From: Candidatus Levyibacteriota bacterium
Lineage (GTDB): Bacteria > Patescibacteriota > Microgenomatia > Levybacterales > UBA12049
Length of the DNA: 64,000 nt
Assembly (NCBI GenBank): GCA_003152105.1
Contig: PLZJ01000003.1
Location: forward strand, 134,899-198,898
Direction: 5' to 3'
Position 1 is the first letter of the stretch. Every line of letters starts with the position of its first letter. Below, piece after piece: positions 8,748 through 19,128 of the stretch. The position numbers and the translations under genes were made by a program. The notes below the pieces were generated by a model. It saw nothing but the letters and a program-made list of their open reading frames with translations, was not told where the DNA came from and ran no database searches.

Positions 8748-9881
8748 ATGAATATATCACCAATAAAGAAAAAGATAGCGATAGTTTCTGATGCAATTTA
8801 TCCCTACAACAAAGGAGGAAAGGAAAAACGTATTTTTGAAATATCTACAAGACTAGCTAAGAGAGGTCACTATGTGCATATATATACAATGAAATGGTGG
8901 AAAGGTGAAAATATTAAAGTTGAAAATGGAGTTACACTTCACGCGATTAGTCCACTATATCCTTTATATTCAGGAAATAGAAGATCTATAAAAGAAGCCA
9001 TATTTTTTGCCTTACATTGTTTTAAATTATTGTATGAAGACTTTGATGTAATTGAAGTTGATCATATGCCACATCTAATTCTGTTTCCACTTAAAATAGT
9101 TTGCTTGATAAGAAGAAAGAGATTAATTGTAACCTGGAATGAAGTTTGGGGAAGAGTATATTGGATTAAATATATGGGAATTCTAGGTAACATTTCATAT
9201 TTTATTGAAAAATTAAGTGTTTTAATGCCTGATGAAATTATCTCAGTTTCTTATCATACTACCAAAAATCTAAAACACATACTAGGTTTTACAAAAAAGA
9301 TTACAACTATTCCAAATGGAATTGACTTAGAATTAATACGAAATACAAAACCATCTAAAAACAAATCAGATATAATTTTTGCTGGCAGGTTATTATCGCA
9401 CAAAAATATTGATGTATTAATAAAATCTATTTCTCTTTTAATAAAAAAACACCCAAAACTTAAATGTATAATCATAGGTGATGGTCCCGAAAAAAATAAA
9501 TTACTTAAACTAACAGATGATTTAAAATTAAATCATAATATTGTATTTCTTAATTTTTTTAAGAAATCTAAGAAATTATATGCATTAATGAAATCATCTA
9601 AAGTTTTTGTTCTACCTTCAACTAGAGAAGGATTTGGAATTGTTGCAATTGAAGCAAACGCATGCAATATCCCCATAATAACTTCAAAACATAAAGATAA
9701 CGCTGCTAAAGATTTAGTTAAAAAAATGGAAGGTTTTGTTATTGAATTAAATGATAAAGAATTAGCAAGAGCTATCGATTTGCAATTTAATCAAAAATTT
9801 ACTAGTAATTTTTTAGAGTCAGAAAAAAAATATAACTGGAATAGTATTACAAATAAAGTTAATAGTATTTATTTAAAATGA
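8748..9881 (+). CDS. glycosyltransferase family 1 (GT4-type, GT-B fold)
   Basis: C-terminal EGFGIVAIEANACNIPIITS motif (E-x7-E GT4 signature). IIFAGRLLSHKNIDVLIK. 377 aa. Confidence 0.75.
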   Translation: MNISPIKKKIAIVSDAIYPYNKGGKEKRIFEISTRLAKRGHYVHIYTMKWWKGENIKVENGVTLHAISPLYPLYSGNRRSIKEAIFFALHCFKLLYEDFDVIEVDHMPHLILFPLKIVCLIRRKRLIVTWNEVWGRVYWIKYMGILGNISYFIEKLSVLMPDEIISVSYHTTKNLKHILGFTKKITTIPNGIDLELIRNTKPSKNKSDIIFAGRLLSHKNIDVLIKSISLLIKKHPKLKCIIIGDGPEKNKLLKLTDDLKLNHNIVFLNFFKKSKKLYALMKSSKVFVLPSTREGFGIVAIEANACNIPIITSKHKDNAAKDLVKKMEGFVIELNDKELARAIDLQFNQKFTSNFLESEKKYNWNSITNKVNSIYLK

Positions 9882-10825
9882 AAAAAATATCTTTTATAAT
9901 TATAGCTTTTAACGAAGAAAAAACTATTGCACGTTGTATTAAATCTATTATGAAACAAAAAAATCTGTTTGATTACGAAATAATTGTGGTAAATGATAGT
10001 TCAACAGATTCAACTATAAAAGTCGTATCTAAATTCGTTAAAATAAATAAAAGGATAAAACTTCATTCTCTATTAACAAATCAAGGGAGAGGTGCTGCTC
10101 GAAATACTGGAATTAATGCTTCTATTGGTGAATACGTCGCTTTTATAGATGCAGATATTATTTTACCTCAAAACTGGCTAATAACATGCATGAGTTATAT
10201 GGATCGCTATGATGCCGTTAGTGGCATTGCGGTGCCTGATGGTGATGTTAACTATATTTATGTAAAATGTAAACTGAATCCAAAAATTGTATCGCATAGC
10301 ACTATTATAACTGGCAATAATGGCTTATATAATCGAAAAATTTTTGGGTCTGTGATGTTTGACAAAAGTTATAAAAATGGCGAAGACTTTGTTTTCAATC
10401 ATTATTTGAAAAAGAAAAAATATAAAATATATTCAATTACCTCCTTGGTTGTAGAACACAGAGAATCGAAAGATTTTATTAAAGAACTTAAATGGCTTTA
10501 TCAAAGTGGCTTAGGTGCTTCACGCTTATTTAAACAATTCGGTAAATTACGCTTGCCAGATATAACATTTTTTTGTCTATTAATTATTGTTGTCTTAACT
10601 ACCTTGTTAAACTATATACTTCATTTATATATCTTAATACTATTTTTACCTCTTTATGTATTATTTATAAGCACAATACATCTAATTAAAAAATTCCATT
10701 TTCAATTTAACAAATCAATTAGCTTTACTATAGCTATACTTTTAAATAGTATTTTATTAGCTAGTTATTATTGGGGACGTTTTATTGGTATATTTACTGA
10801 AAAAAAGTCAAGGTTCAGTAATTGA
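9878..10825 (+). CDS. glycosyltransferase family 2 with C-terminal TM segments
   Basis: ISFIIIAFNEEKTIARCIKSI, IIVVNDSSTDST, AFIDADI (DxD). C-terminal hydrophobic helices. Start overlaps the previous stop (ATGA). Confidence 0.7.
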   Translation: MKKISFIIIAFNEEKTIARCIKSIMKQKNLFDYEIIVVNDSSTDSTIKVVSKFVKINKRIKLHSLLTNQGRGAARNTGINASIGEYVAFIDADIILPQNWLITCMSYMDRYDAVSGIAVPDGDVNYIYVKCKLNPKIVSHSTIITGNNGLYNRKIFGSVMFDKSYKNGEDFVFNHYLKKKKYKIYSITSLVVEHRESKDFIKELKWLYQSGLGASRLFKQFGKLRLPDITFFCLLIIVVLTTLLNYILHLYILILFLPLYVLFISTIHLIKKFHFQFNKSISFTIAILLNSILLASYYWGRFIGIFTEKKSRFSN

Positions 10826-10857
10826 TAAATAAAACGTATAGTTCAAATTAATATAAT

Positions 10858-11862
10858 ATGAAAAAAACACCTTTTGTAAGTATTTTAATCTGTACATTTA
10901 ACGGTTCTAAAAAAATAGAAAAGTGCTTAAGATCATTGATTAATCAAAATTATCCAAAAAATAAATTTGAATTAATAATTGTTGACGATGGATCTACAGA
11001 TAATACTATTGAGGTAGTATTAAAATTCCCAGTTGTTTTGGTTAAACACCAAAAAAATAAAGGGATCGCAACAGCAAGAAATACTGGGTTAATGAAATCA
11101 CATGGAGAAATTATTGTAAATATTGACGATGATTGTGTTATGGATAAAAATTGGTTGAAAAATTTGATTAAAGCATATGACACCGAAAGCGTAATGGGTG
11201 CAGGAGGTGTATTAATTTTACCAAATAATCCTTCTATCGTAGATGAATACTGTTATCATGTTGGGTATGGGAATCCTACCCCAATTTTATTAGGGAAATC
11301 CAATAACATTGTTGAACGATTTTGGAATTATTTGCATGTCAACTTTACGAATCCTCAATCTAAATACATAAATGGTTCCTTGGTATTTGAGTTTCCAACA
11401 ATTAATTCTTCGTTTAGAAAAAAATATCTAACTAGAATAAATGGATGGAATGAACTTTTCACTACTTCATCAGAAGATCTTGATATATGTAGAAGACTAA
11501 AAAACAGATACCCTAAATTAGATTTTGTTGTAATGCCAAAAGCAAAATTAATACATAAACAAGATTTAACATTGTTAAAATTTCTTTCTAAAGAATACAA
11601 TCGTGGAAAATTAAGAAAGAAATATTACACAATAAAGAATCAAATACCACCATATTTTCCTTTTCCAATTTTATTCATTTTGATTAGTATTATTATAGTA
11701 CTCTTGAAATTATCAGTTATAATTATATTATTTATACCATTTTTACTTTATCCTTGGTGGATTATCAGAGCATTTAATCAAAAAAGAGTTAAAATATTAT
11801 TATTCCCATATTTGCAACTATTACATGAAGAGGCTACAGTTTTAGGGATGTTGATTAATTAA
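10858..11862 (+). CDS. glycosyltransferase family 2 with C-terminal TM segments
   Basis: VSILICTFNGSKKIEKCLRSL, LIIVDDGSTDNT, NIDDDC (DxD). C-terminal membrane helices. Confidence 0.75.
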   Translation: MKKTPFVSILICTFNGSKKIEKCLRSLINQNYPKNKFELIIVDDGSTDNTIEVVLKFPVVLVKHQKNKGIATARNTGLMKSHGEIIVNIDDDCVMDKNWLKNLIKAYDTESVMGAGGVLILPNNPSIVDEYCYHVGYGNPTPILLGKSNNIVERFWNYLHVNFTNPQSKYINGSLVFEFPTINSSFRKKYLTRINGWNELFTTSSEDLDICRRLKNRYPKLDFVVMPKAKLIHKQDLTLLKFLSKEYNRGKLRKKYYTIKNQIPPYFPFPILFILISIIIVLLKLSVIIILFIPFLLYPWWIIRAFNQKRVKILLFPYLQLLHEEATVLGMLIN

Positions 11863-11863
11863 T

Positions 11864-14770
11864 ATGATTTCAATAATAATAATTCTTAAAAATGATTTAG
11901 AAATAATACAAACTATAGGAGGAATAAATGATCAAGATTTTCATGGCGAAGTCGAATTAATAGTTATAGATAGATCAACCATTAATTATCCTCAAATACA
12001 CAGCAGATTTCCTTTAAAATGGGTAAAATTTAATCCAAAAGGCAAACAATTTACTATTCCGGAACAAAGAAATAGAGGACTCACTGAGTCAAAAGGAAAT
12101 ATTATTGTATTTCTGGATGTAAGTTGTATTCCTCAAACAAATTGGTTAACAGAATTAGTAAAACCAATAATAAAGTACAATGAAAAAATTGTGATGGGTA
12201 AAACTGGGTCAATTGGAAAAAAAACATTAAATGACTTATCCTATGATAAATTAGTTAATATTAAATATGTTAATGAAGCACCAACTATAAACATAGCTAT
12301 TTCTAAAGAAATATTTAATACAGTTGGTTTATTTGATGAAAAGCTTGAGTATGGTTCGGACGTAGATTTTAGTTGGCGTGCAATTGATAAAGGATATGCT
12401 ATTCGATATCAACCTTTAGCTCTAGTTAGTCATAACTGGGGCAATAATAAAAGAGAAATAAAACGAACAATTCTATATGGAAAAGCCAGAGCTAGACTTC
12501 TTATTAAACATATTAGAACACGTTGGAAAAACCTGTTTGGTAAAGATTCACCAGTGTTATTATATCCAGCACTTATTATGGGTTTACCAATTACAATCAT
12601 TTATCATTGGTATTTGTTAGTATTTCCATTATTAGTATTAAAAAATACAAAAGAACCAAATCCTATTGGTATAGTATCCAAACATATAATTTATGGGGTT
12701 GGTGTATTAATAGAAATTGTAAATCTATTATTCAAATGTCTAAACAAAATTCTTAAAGAAGCAAACAGTTTAGAATTTACCTACACGCTAGGTCTAGCAT
12801 TATTTTCCGCGATGACTTATGGCTTAATAGTAAATTTTATTTTACCGCAATTTGGTATTAATTCACCTCTTTCATTTCATTATATTTGGCCAGTTTATAT
12901 TTTCTTTTTGTTTCCATTAATTAATCTATTATCAGAAATTAAAAAGTGGTTCAATAAAGATTATTTATCATGGCTGTTAAAGATATTATTTTTATTAAAT
13001 CCTATACTTGCTATAGCAGGAGTAAATTATCTTGATAATACGGGTAATGGATCGCTAGCTTTAGCTTCTGTAGCGTTAATTTGTTTAAATTTTACAATAA
13101 CATTTTTACAAAGAAATTATAGAGATGAAATATTTAAATTATCTTTATATTCATCGGCTATATCATTACTATTAGCTAATTCTCTAAGAAGTCACTTTCT
13201 TGTTGGATGGGATATTCACCAAGAATATTTTGTTTTTCGTCTAACTAATCTTCACAACTTTTGGAATATAAATTCCTTCAGAGATGCTTATAATGCATGT
13301 TTAAGTATTACCATTCTACCAACAATAATTCATAATCTTTCTGGATTTTCACCGTTAACAATATTTCGATTAATATATCCACTAATAATTGCCTTAGTAC
13401 CAATTGTTGTATATCAAGTTGGAACAAAATTAACTGATAAAAAAATAGCCTATGCCGGAGCATTTGCTTTTTTACTCCAAGCTCAATATTTTACAGAATT
13501 ACCATCTCTGCTAAGACAGGGGATAGCTTTTTTGTTTTTTGCACTACTTATTGAAATATTAATTAGCACTAAAATAAGTCAAAAAAGAAGAAACCTTTAT
13601 TTTTTGATATTTGGTATAGGTATGATTTTTTCCCACTATTCCACAACCTACGTAGCATTAGCAATATTATTGTTAGCAAAGATAATCAATGTCATCTTTA
13701 ATAAGTTTTGGTCAGGTAAAGAGTTAACAAGCCCAATAACTTTTAGCTCGTTAACAATTCTTTTTCTTATAACTTTTTTATGGAATACATTAATAACCAA
13801 CACTACACAAGGAATTAATCAAATCTTTATAAATGTCTTTAATAATATTGGTAGCACTTTTTCTCTTGAAAATAAATCTAACATGATCAGAAATATAGTT
13901 TACCAACCTTCCAATAATACAACTGAAGTAATAAATTATTCAAATAAAAGTATGGAAAACATTACTGATCCTCAAAATTATAAAGATTATCAGATTTATC
14001 CGGTGTCATTAAACACTGGTAAATCAGTTTTAATTTCTGATCCAACTCCGATATATTTCCATTTAATAATTCCATGGGTATTTCGCTTTTCAATACTTTT
14101 AGGGTTTATTTATCTACTAATAAATTATTTCAAGAGAAAAGAATCTCCTTTTATTATTAGTATATGCTTTTCAATGTTTATTATAACTTTAAGTATTGGA
14201 ATACTACCATATTTATCAATTAATTATAATTTTGAGAGAGTATTTCAGCAAATGTTAGTATTATTAGCACCTATAAGTATAATTGGTTTTATACATATAA
14301 TTAGGGTTGTTAAAAAAATACCAATTTCCTTACCTATTATCATATTTTTATTATCATATTTCATTCAAACAACCGGATTTGTCGACCATTTTATATATAA
14401 TAGCAGCATATGGATGTATAATAATTCTGGTGAACAATACTACCGTTATTATTCATCAAGTGGTGAAATTAATGGTATCATTTGGCTAGAAAAAAATACT
14501 AATCCAACTATCTTACTGTATGCTGATGAATATTCAAAATTAAGATTTCAAGCATACTCAAATGAAAAATTCAGCTATATTTCTAATCAGATTAACCCAC
14601 CTGTCATAGAAAAAGATAGCTATATTTTCTCAGGTCTAGCTGGAACTAAGGCTAATACTGTATATTCTGAAATCAATAATCAAGCTCTTGAATTTAGTTT
14701 TCCCAATAAATACTTATCTGAAACTAAAAACACAATTTATTCAAACTCAGTTACAAAAATATATAAATGA
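11864..14770 (+). CDS. GT2-domain / large polytopic membrane-domain fusion protein (968 aa)
   Basis: N-terminal ~230 aa with GT2 features (ISIIIILKND..., LIVIDRST, FLDVSC). Followed by ~700 aa with >=14 hydrophobic helices. Start is 2 nt after the previous stop. Confidence 0.6.
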   Translation: MISIIIILKNDLEIIQTIGGINDQDFHGEVELIVIDRSTINYPQIHSRFPLKWVKFNPKGKQFTIPEQRNRGLTESKGNIIVFLDVSCIPQTNWLTELVKPIIKYNEKIVMGKTGSIGKKTLNDLSYDKLVNIKYVNEAPTINIAISKEIFNTVGLFDEKLEYGSDVDFSWRAIDKGYAIRYQPLALVSHNWGNNKREIKRTILYGKARARLLIKHIRTRWKNLFGKDSPVLLYPALIMGLPITIIYHWYLLVFPLLVLKNTKEPNPIGIVSKHIIYGVGVLIEIVNLLFKCLNKILKEANSLEFTYTLGLALFSAMTYGLIVNFILPQFGINSPLSFHYIWPVYIFFLFPLINLLSEIKKWFNKDYLSWLLKILFLLNPILAIAGVNYLDNTGNGSLALASVALICLNFTITFLQRNYRDEIFKLSLYSSAISLLLANSLRSHFLVGWDIHQEYFVFRLTNLHNFWNINSFRDAYNACLSITILPTIIHNLSGFSPLTIFRLIYPLIIALVPIVVYQVGTKLTDKKIAYAGAFAFLLQAQYFTELPSLLRQGIAFLFFALLIEILISTKISQKRRNLYFLIFGIGMIFSHYSTTYVALAILLLAKIINVIFNKFWSGKELTSPITFSSLTILFLITFLWNTLITNTTQGINQIFINVFNNIGSTFSLENKSNMIRNIVYQPSNNTTEVINYSNKSMENITDPQNYKDYQIYPVSLNTGKSVLISDPTPIYFHLIIPWVFRFSILLGFIYLLINYFKRKESPFIISICFSMFIITLSIGILPYLSINYNFERVFQQMLVLLAPISIIGFIHIIRVVKKIPISLPIIIFLLSYFIQTTGFVDHFIYNSSIWMYNNSGEQYYRYYSSSGEINGIIWLEKNTNPTILLYADEYSKLRFQAYSNEKFSYISNQINPPVIEKDSYIFSGLAGTKANTVYSEINNQALEFSFPNKYLSETKNTIYSNSVTKIYK

Positions 14771-15846
14771 AAATTAAAGTATTAGTATATCCTTACGACA
14801 TAAATCCATACCAGAACTTACTTTATAATCATATGCGCAATGGAGTTGAGATAAAATATTTGAAAGGATCAACTTCATCTCAAACAATAAACAATATATT
14901 GCTTCCATTATTACTTATAAAATACAGAGTAAAAGGGTATAAAATTTTTCATCTCCACTGGACCTATGGCTTTACTTTTCCTGGCAAAAATTATCTATCA
15001 CTTTTTTTTTCAACAATATATTACTATTTAATTCTAACTTTTATTAAGTTTACAGGATATAAAATCGTTTGGACTGTTCACAATATTCTTCCTCATGAAA
15101 AACAATTTATCAATGATATTTATGCAAGTAAAGTTTTATCAAAATTATGTAATGTTAAAATAGTCCATTCAAAATCCGCAATTGATGAAATGAGACATTT
15201 AGACTTTGACATTAAAAATATAAATATAATTCCTCATGGAAACTATATTGAATCATATGTAAATGAAATTACTAGAAAGGAAGCGAGAAGAATATTAAAT
15301 ATTAATAATAATGATTTTATTTTTCTTTTTTTTGGGAGAGTTGAAAAATATAAAGGTATTGAATATATGTTAAATGAATTTTCAAAAATTAATAATCACA
15401 ATATTAAACTTATAATATGCGGGGCTTGTACTGATCCAGAACTATTAACAAAAATACAATTATATATTACTAACAGTAATATAACATTTATAAATAAACA
15501 CATTAATAATAATGATATACAAATATTCATGAATGCATCTGATACTGTAATTTTACCATTCAATAAAATAAACTCAAGTGGCTCTGCAATTCTAGCATTA
15601 TCATTCGCTAAGACCATTATTGCACCACAAAAAGGAACATTAAATGAAATGCCAAAAAATGTTGGTTATTTTTATAGTAATGGAAATAATAATGGTTTAT
15701 ATAAAAGTATGATTAATTCAATTTCAAAAAGAAATATGCTTGAAATTATAGGTCAGAATGGATATGAATATATTAAAACTTTTTCTTGGAACAATATTTC
15801 AAAAAAAACGTTAAGACTCTATAAAGAATTAGAACAAAAGGATTAA
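14767..15846 (+). CDS. glycosyltransferase family 1-like (GT-B)
   Basis: FIFLFFGRVEKYKGIEYML and NASDTVILPFNKINSSGSAILALSFAKTIIAP resemble GT4 C-terminal domain. Overlaps the upstream gene by 4 nt. Confidence 0.55.
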   Translation: MKIKVLVYPYDINPYQNLLYNHMRNGVEIKYLKGSTSSQTINNILLPLLLIKYRVKGYKIFHLHWTYGFTFPGKNYLSLFFSTIYYYLILTFIKFTGYKIVWTVHNILPHEKQFINDIYASKVLSKLCNVKIVHSKSAIDEMRHLDFDIKNINIIPHGNYIESYVNEITRKEARRILNINNNDFIFLFFGRVEKYKGIEYMLNEFSKINNHNIKLIICGACTDPELLTKIQLYITNSNITFINKHINNNDIQIFMNASDTVILPFNKINSSGSAILALSFAKTIIAPQKGTLNEMPKNVGYFYSNGNNNGLYKSMINSISKRNMLEIIGQNGYEYIKTFSWNNISKKTLRLYKELEQKD

Positions 15847-15848
15847 TA

Positions 15849-16973
15849 TCAGAGTACCGATTTATATGCATCAAGTGTTTCTTTTGCGCAACGTTTCCAA
15901 CTAAACTTTCTTGATTGATTTATGCCTTTTTTTATAAGGATATTTTGCAAATTATTATTATCTAAGATTTTATTCATTTGTAAACATATTTCATTTATAT
16001 CATAGGGATCTACTTTTATTGCGGCGTCACCGACAATTTCGGATAAAGATGAACTTGAAGAAGTTATAACAGGGACCCCTGATGCCATAGCCTCAAGTGG
16101 AGTAAAGCCAAAACCTTCATATTTTGAAGGATAAACAAATAAATCAGCCCTATGATAATAACTTAATAATTGTCTCTCGTCTATAAAACCTAGAAAATGG
16201 ACAAATTTGTTTAAATTTAATTTATGTATAATCTGGTTAAGCTTAAAAAACTCATCACCATCTCCACCAATTATTAATCTAACATCATTCCTTTTTTTAG
16301 CTAATTTATTAAACGCATATATAGTCTCGTATATTCCCTTTCTTTTTGTAAGTCCACCTAAAAAAAGTATTATTTTTGTATTACTTGATTTTCTTTGTAA
16401 AGGATAAAATTTATTTGTATCTATTCCTGGATAAATTACTAGTATTTTATTTTCAGATATTCCAAGAACATTAATTAAATCTTCTTTAGTTTTTGTAGAG
16501 ACAGCCAATAGAAGTTGGCTTTTTTTTGCGTAGCTAGAATAAGTATTAAAGTAATATTTTTCAAATTTATATCTTGATTCAGAAACCAAAGGAATAATGT
16601 CATGAAAAGTAGTGATTAAAGGTTTTTTATATAATTTTATAGGCATGATTGATTCACTTGGAGAAATTGCATGATAAACTTGTGAATTAATATCTTTCAA
16701 TTCATTCAGCATTGAAAATTTGTTATTTCTAAACCTAGAATAATAGTGAAATTCATTTTTTATTGGATTAATATAACTTTTAATAATATCAGGAATAAAA
16801 GGAGTAATAGGATTTTTTTTACTATTTATAGATGGTGATTGAAACGTATCAGATATAACGTTTAATTGTAAATTTTTATCAAGTAATTTTAATTCCTTAA
16901 CAAGCGTAGTAGTATATCTTCCTATACCATCTTTGCTATGATAATATCTTCCTGCAATAATAGAAACATTCAT
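15849..16973 (-). CDS. glycosyltransferase family 1 (GT4-type)
   Basis: [37 protein letters not shown] (GT4 E-x7-E motif). 374 aa. Confidence 0.75.
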   Translation of the reverse strand: MNVSIIAGRYYHSKDGIGRYTTTLVKELKLLDKNLQLNVISDTFQSPSINSKKNPITPFIPDIIKSYINPIKNEFHYYSRFRNNKFSMLNELKDINSQVYHAISPSESIMPIKLYKKPLITTFHDIIPLVSESRYKFEKYYFNTYSSYAKKSQLLLAVSTKTKEDLINVLGISENKILVIYPGIDTNKFYPLQRKSSNTKIILFLGGLTKRKGIYETIYAFNKLAKKRNDVRLIIGGDGDEFFKLNQIIHKLNLNKFVHFLGFIDERQLLSYYHRADLFVYPSKYEGFGFTPLEAMASGVPVITSSSSSLSEIVGDAAIKVDPYDINEICLQMNKILDNNNLQNILIKKGINQSRKFSWKRCAKETLDAYKSVL

Positions 16974-17884
16974 AGTTTATGGGAATAACTTCCTGTTCTG
17001 CCAATATAGCCATCTAAAATTCCTTGTAAAATTACCTTAGCCATCTTGAATTCTTTTTTAATTATATGTTTATAAATTTGATAAAATGATTCTTTTAAAA
17101 ATATGGAATTAAAAATTAAATTATCAACAAAAGAATAATTATTTTTATAAAAAAATATTAAATTTCTAATAAAATAATACCTAACATTTTCTTTTCCAAT
17201 AAGATCACTTGATTTTCCAATTTTATGCCAAACTTTTGAGCTTGGTATCGCATAAAGAGAAAAATCATTTTTTACAGCCATAAGACTATAATCCATATCT
17301 TCGATATATAAAAAGTATTCTTCTTTATATAAACCTATTTTATCAATTACACTTTTTTTAATTAACATACTACAGCCAGTAAGAAATTCTACTTTTCTAT
17401 TATTTTTAAATTGACCTCTATCAATTTTTGATTTATTTTTATCGATAAAAGGCCAGGAATTCCTAAAATTGAAGTTAAGTCCTGATGACCATATTACTTC
17501 AGGTTTATCAGCTAAGTAAATAAAAGGACTCAAAATACCTATTTTCTCATCAGTTTCACCAACAGAAACTAATTCAGAAAGAAAATTCTTACTAACAACA
17601 GTGTCATTATTTAATAATAGAATATAATCAGCATCATGTTTTAATGCATATCTTATCCCCACATTACATCCTCCTGAAAAACCTAAATTTTTCAAATTTT
17701 CTAATAATTTAATATTAGGGAATTTTGATTTTATTTCCTTAACTGAGTCGTTTGTCGATGCGTTATCAATCAAAATTATTTTATAATTTTTATAGTCTAT
17801 TTTGAGCAATGATTTTAGACATTCTATGGTGTCTTTATAGCCATTCCAATTTAAAATAATAATGTAAACTAATGGGTATTTCAT
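16970..17884 (-). CDS. glycosyltransferase family 2
   Basis: LVYIIILNWNGYKDTIECLKSL, IILIDNASTDDS, DYILLLNNDTVV (DxD). 304 aa. Overlaps neighbours on both sides by 4 nt. Confidence 0.75.
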   Translation of the reverse strand: MKYPLVYIIILNWNGYKDTIECLKSLLKIDYKNYKIILIDNASTNDSVKEIKSKFPNIKLLENLKNLGFSGGCNVGIRYALKHDADYILLLNNDTVVSKNFLSELVSVGETDEKIGILSPFIYLADKPEVIWSSGLNFNFRNSWPFIDKNKSKIDRGQFKNNRKVEFLTGCSMLIKKSVIDKIGLYKEEYFLYIEDMDYSLMAVKNDFSLYAIPSSKVWHKIGKSSDLIGKENVRYYFIRNLIFFYKNNYSFVDNLIFNSIFLKESFYQIYKHIIKKEFKMAKVILQGILDGYIGRTGSYSHKL

Positions 17885-19128
17885 AAGACTTTAATCCAAA
17901 CGATTATTGAGTATAGTATTGCAATTATACCTTCTCCCAAAAACCAACCATAACCAAGAGTTACTAGTCCCTTGGGAATAACAAAATGAAGTATCGATAA
18001 TAAAATTAAAGGTCCCAAGATGCACATCATCAGAAGCAAATTTAACCTACCTTTAATATTTAATATAGTACTTAAAGTACCATTAATAGAAGTAAAGATC
18101 ACAGATAATGCAAGTAATTGAAGCAAGAAAATGCCTTGACTGGAATATTCTTTACCAAAAAAAAGGAGTATATACTTCCCAAATAAAATTATAAAAATAA
18201 TTGAAGGAATAAGGATCATTATTGTAAATTTAACGGACTTGATAATATATTTTTTCAGTTCTTTATCATTATTACTACCTTCTGCAAATAAGGACTGATT
18301 TATAGATGATTGGATAGCATTTAAAAGTGTAATAATTGACATATCAATGTAGTAATAAGCGGCTTGTTTAGGTCCTAAGCTTGATGCAATCATTAGGGGA
18401 AGAAGATTTAATGGTAAACTTGCAGTGAAACTAGCTATAAAATTAATGAACGATAAATTAAATATTTTGTAAAATATATCCTTTTTTATTGTTAATTTAA
18501 ACTTATATCCAAAAAATTTGTATAAAATATATAAACTAATAAAGAAAGTTATAATCGAACCGAAAGATGTTGAAAAAAATATTGCAAAAGCGCCAAATGA
18601 AATTAATAAAAATGGGAGAAAAATCTTAAAAATACTTCCAATGATAGTTTTAAATAATATATACTTTGTATGTCTATATGCTATAAATACGTTACTATAT
18701 AATGCATCTAAGCTTCCGAAAACTGCAAATATAATATAAATGAATATATAGGCATTATTTTGTTTAAGAAATATTAATTTTGAAGAAAAATAGTTTAATC
18801 CCGAAATATATATAATAGAAATTGCAATTGTTGATATTAAAATAATTGTAATTACAGTATTAATTATATCTACTTTATTTTCAGATTTTGGCAAATAACG
18901 TATAATTCCAGTATTAAATCCAAATAAACTTAGACCTGTTATTAAAGCTAATGAAGAAATCAAGACCGTAGCTAGTCCAATTTGCTCAACCGAAAATAAT
19001 CTTGTATTAATAACCCAAAAAATAAACCCAAAAGACGACATTACTAAGGTGTTTAGCATCAAATAAATAGAATTTCTATAAATAGAATCATTCATAAAAT
19101 GACTATATAAATCTTTAATTAAACCCAT
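17881..19128 (-). CDS. polysaccharide biosynthesis protein / Wzx-like oligosaccharide flippase (MOP superfamily)
   Basis: 415 aa with ~12 hydrophobic helices. Position inside a glycosyltransferase cluster and size/topology typical of Wzx/MurJ-type flippases. Confidence 0.6.
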   Translation of the reverse strand: MGLIKDLYSHFMNDSIYRNSIYLMLNTLVMSSFGFIFWVINTRLFSVEQIGLATVLISSLALITGLSLFGFNTGIIRYLPKSENKVDIINTVITIILISTIAISIIYISGLNYFSSKLIFLKQNNAYIFIYIIFAVFGSLDALYSNVFIAYRHTKYILFKTIIGSIFKIFLPFLLISFGAFAIFFSTSFGSIITFFISLYILYKFFGYKFKLTIKKDIFYKIFNLSFINFIASFTASLPLNLLPLMIASSLGPKQAAYYYIDMSIITLLNAIQSSINQSLFAEGSNNDKELKKYIIKSVKFTIMILIPSIIFIILFGKYILLFFGKEYSSQGIFLLQLLALSVIFTSINGTLSTILNIKGRLNLLLMMCILGPLILLSILHFVIPKGLVTLGYGWFLGEGIIAILYSIIVWIKVL

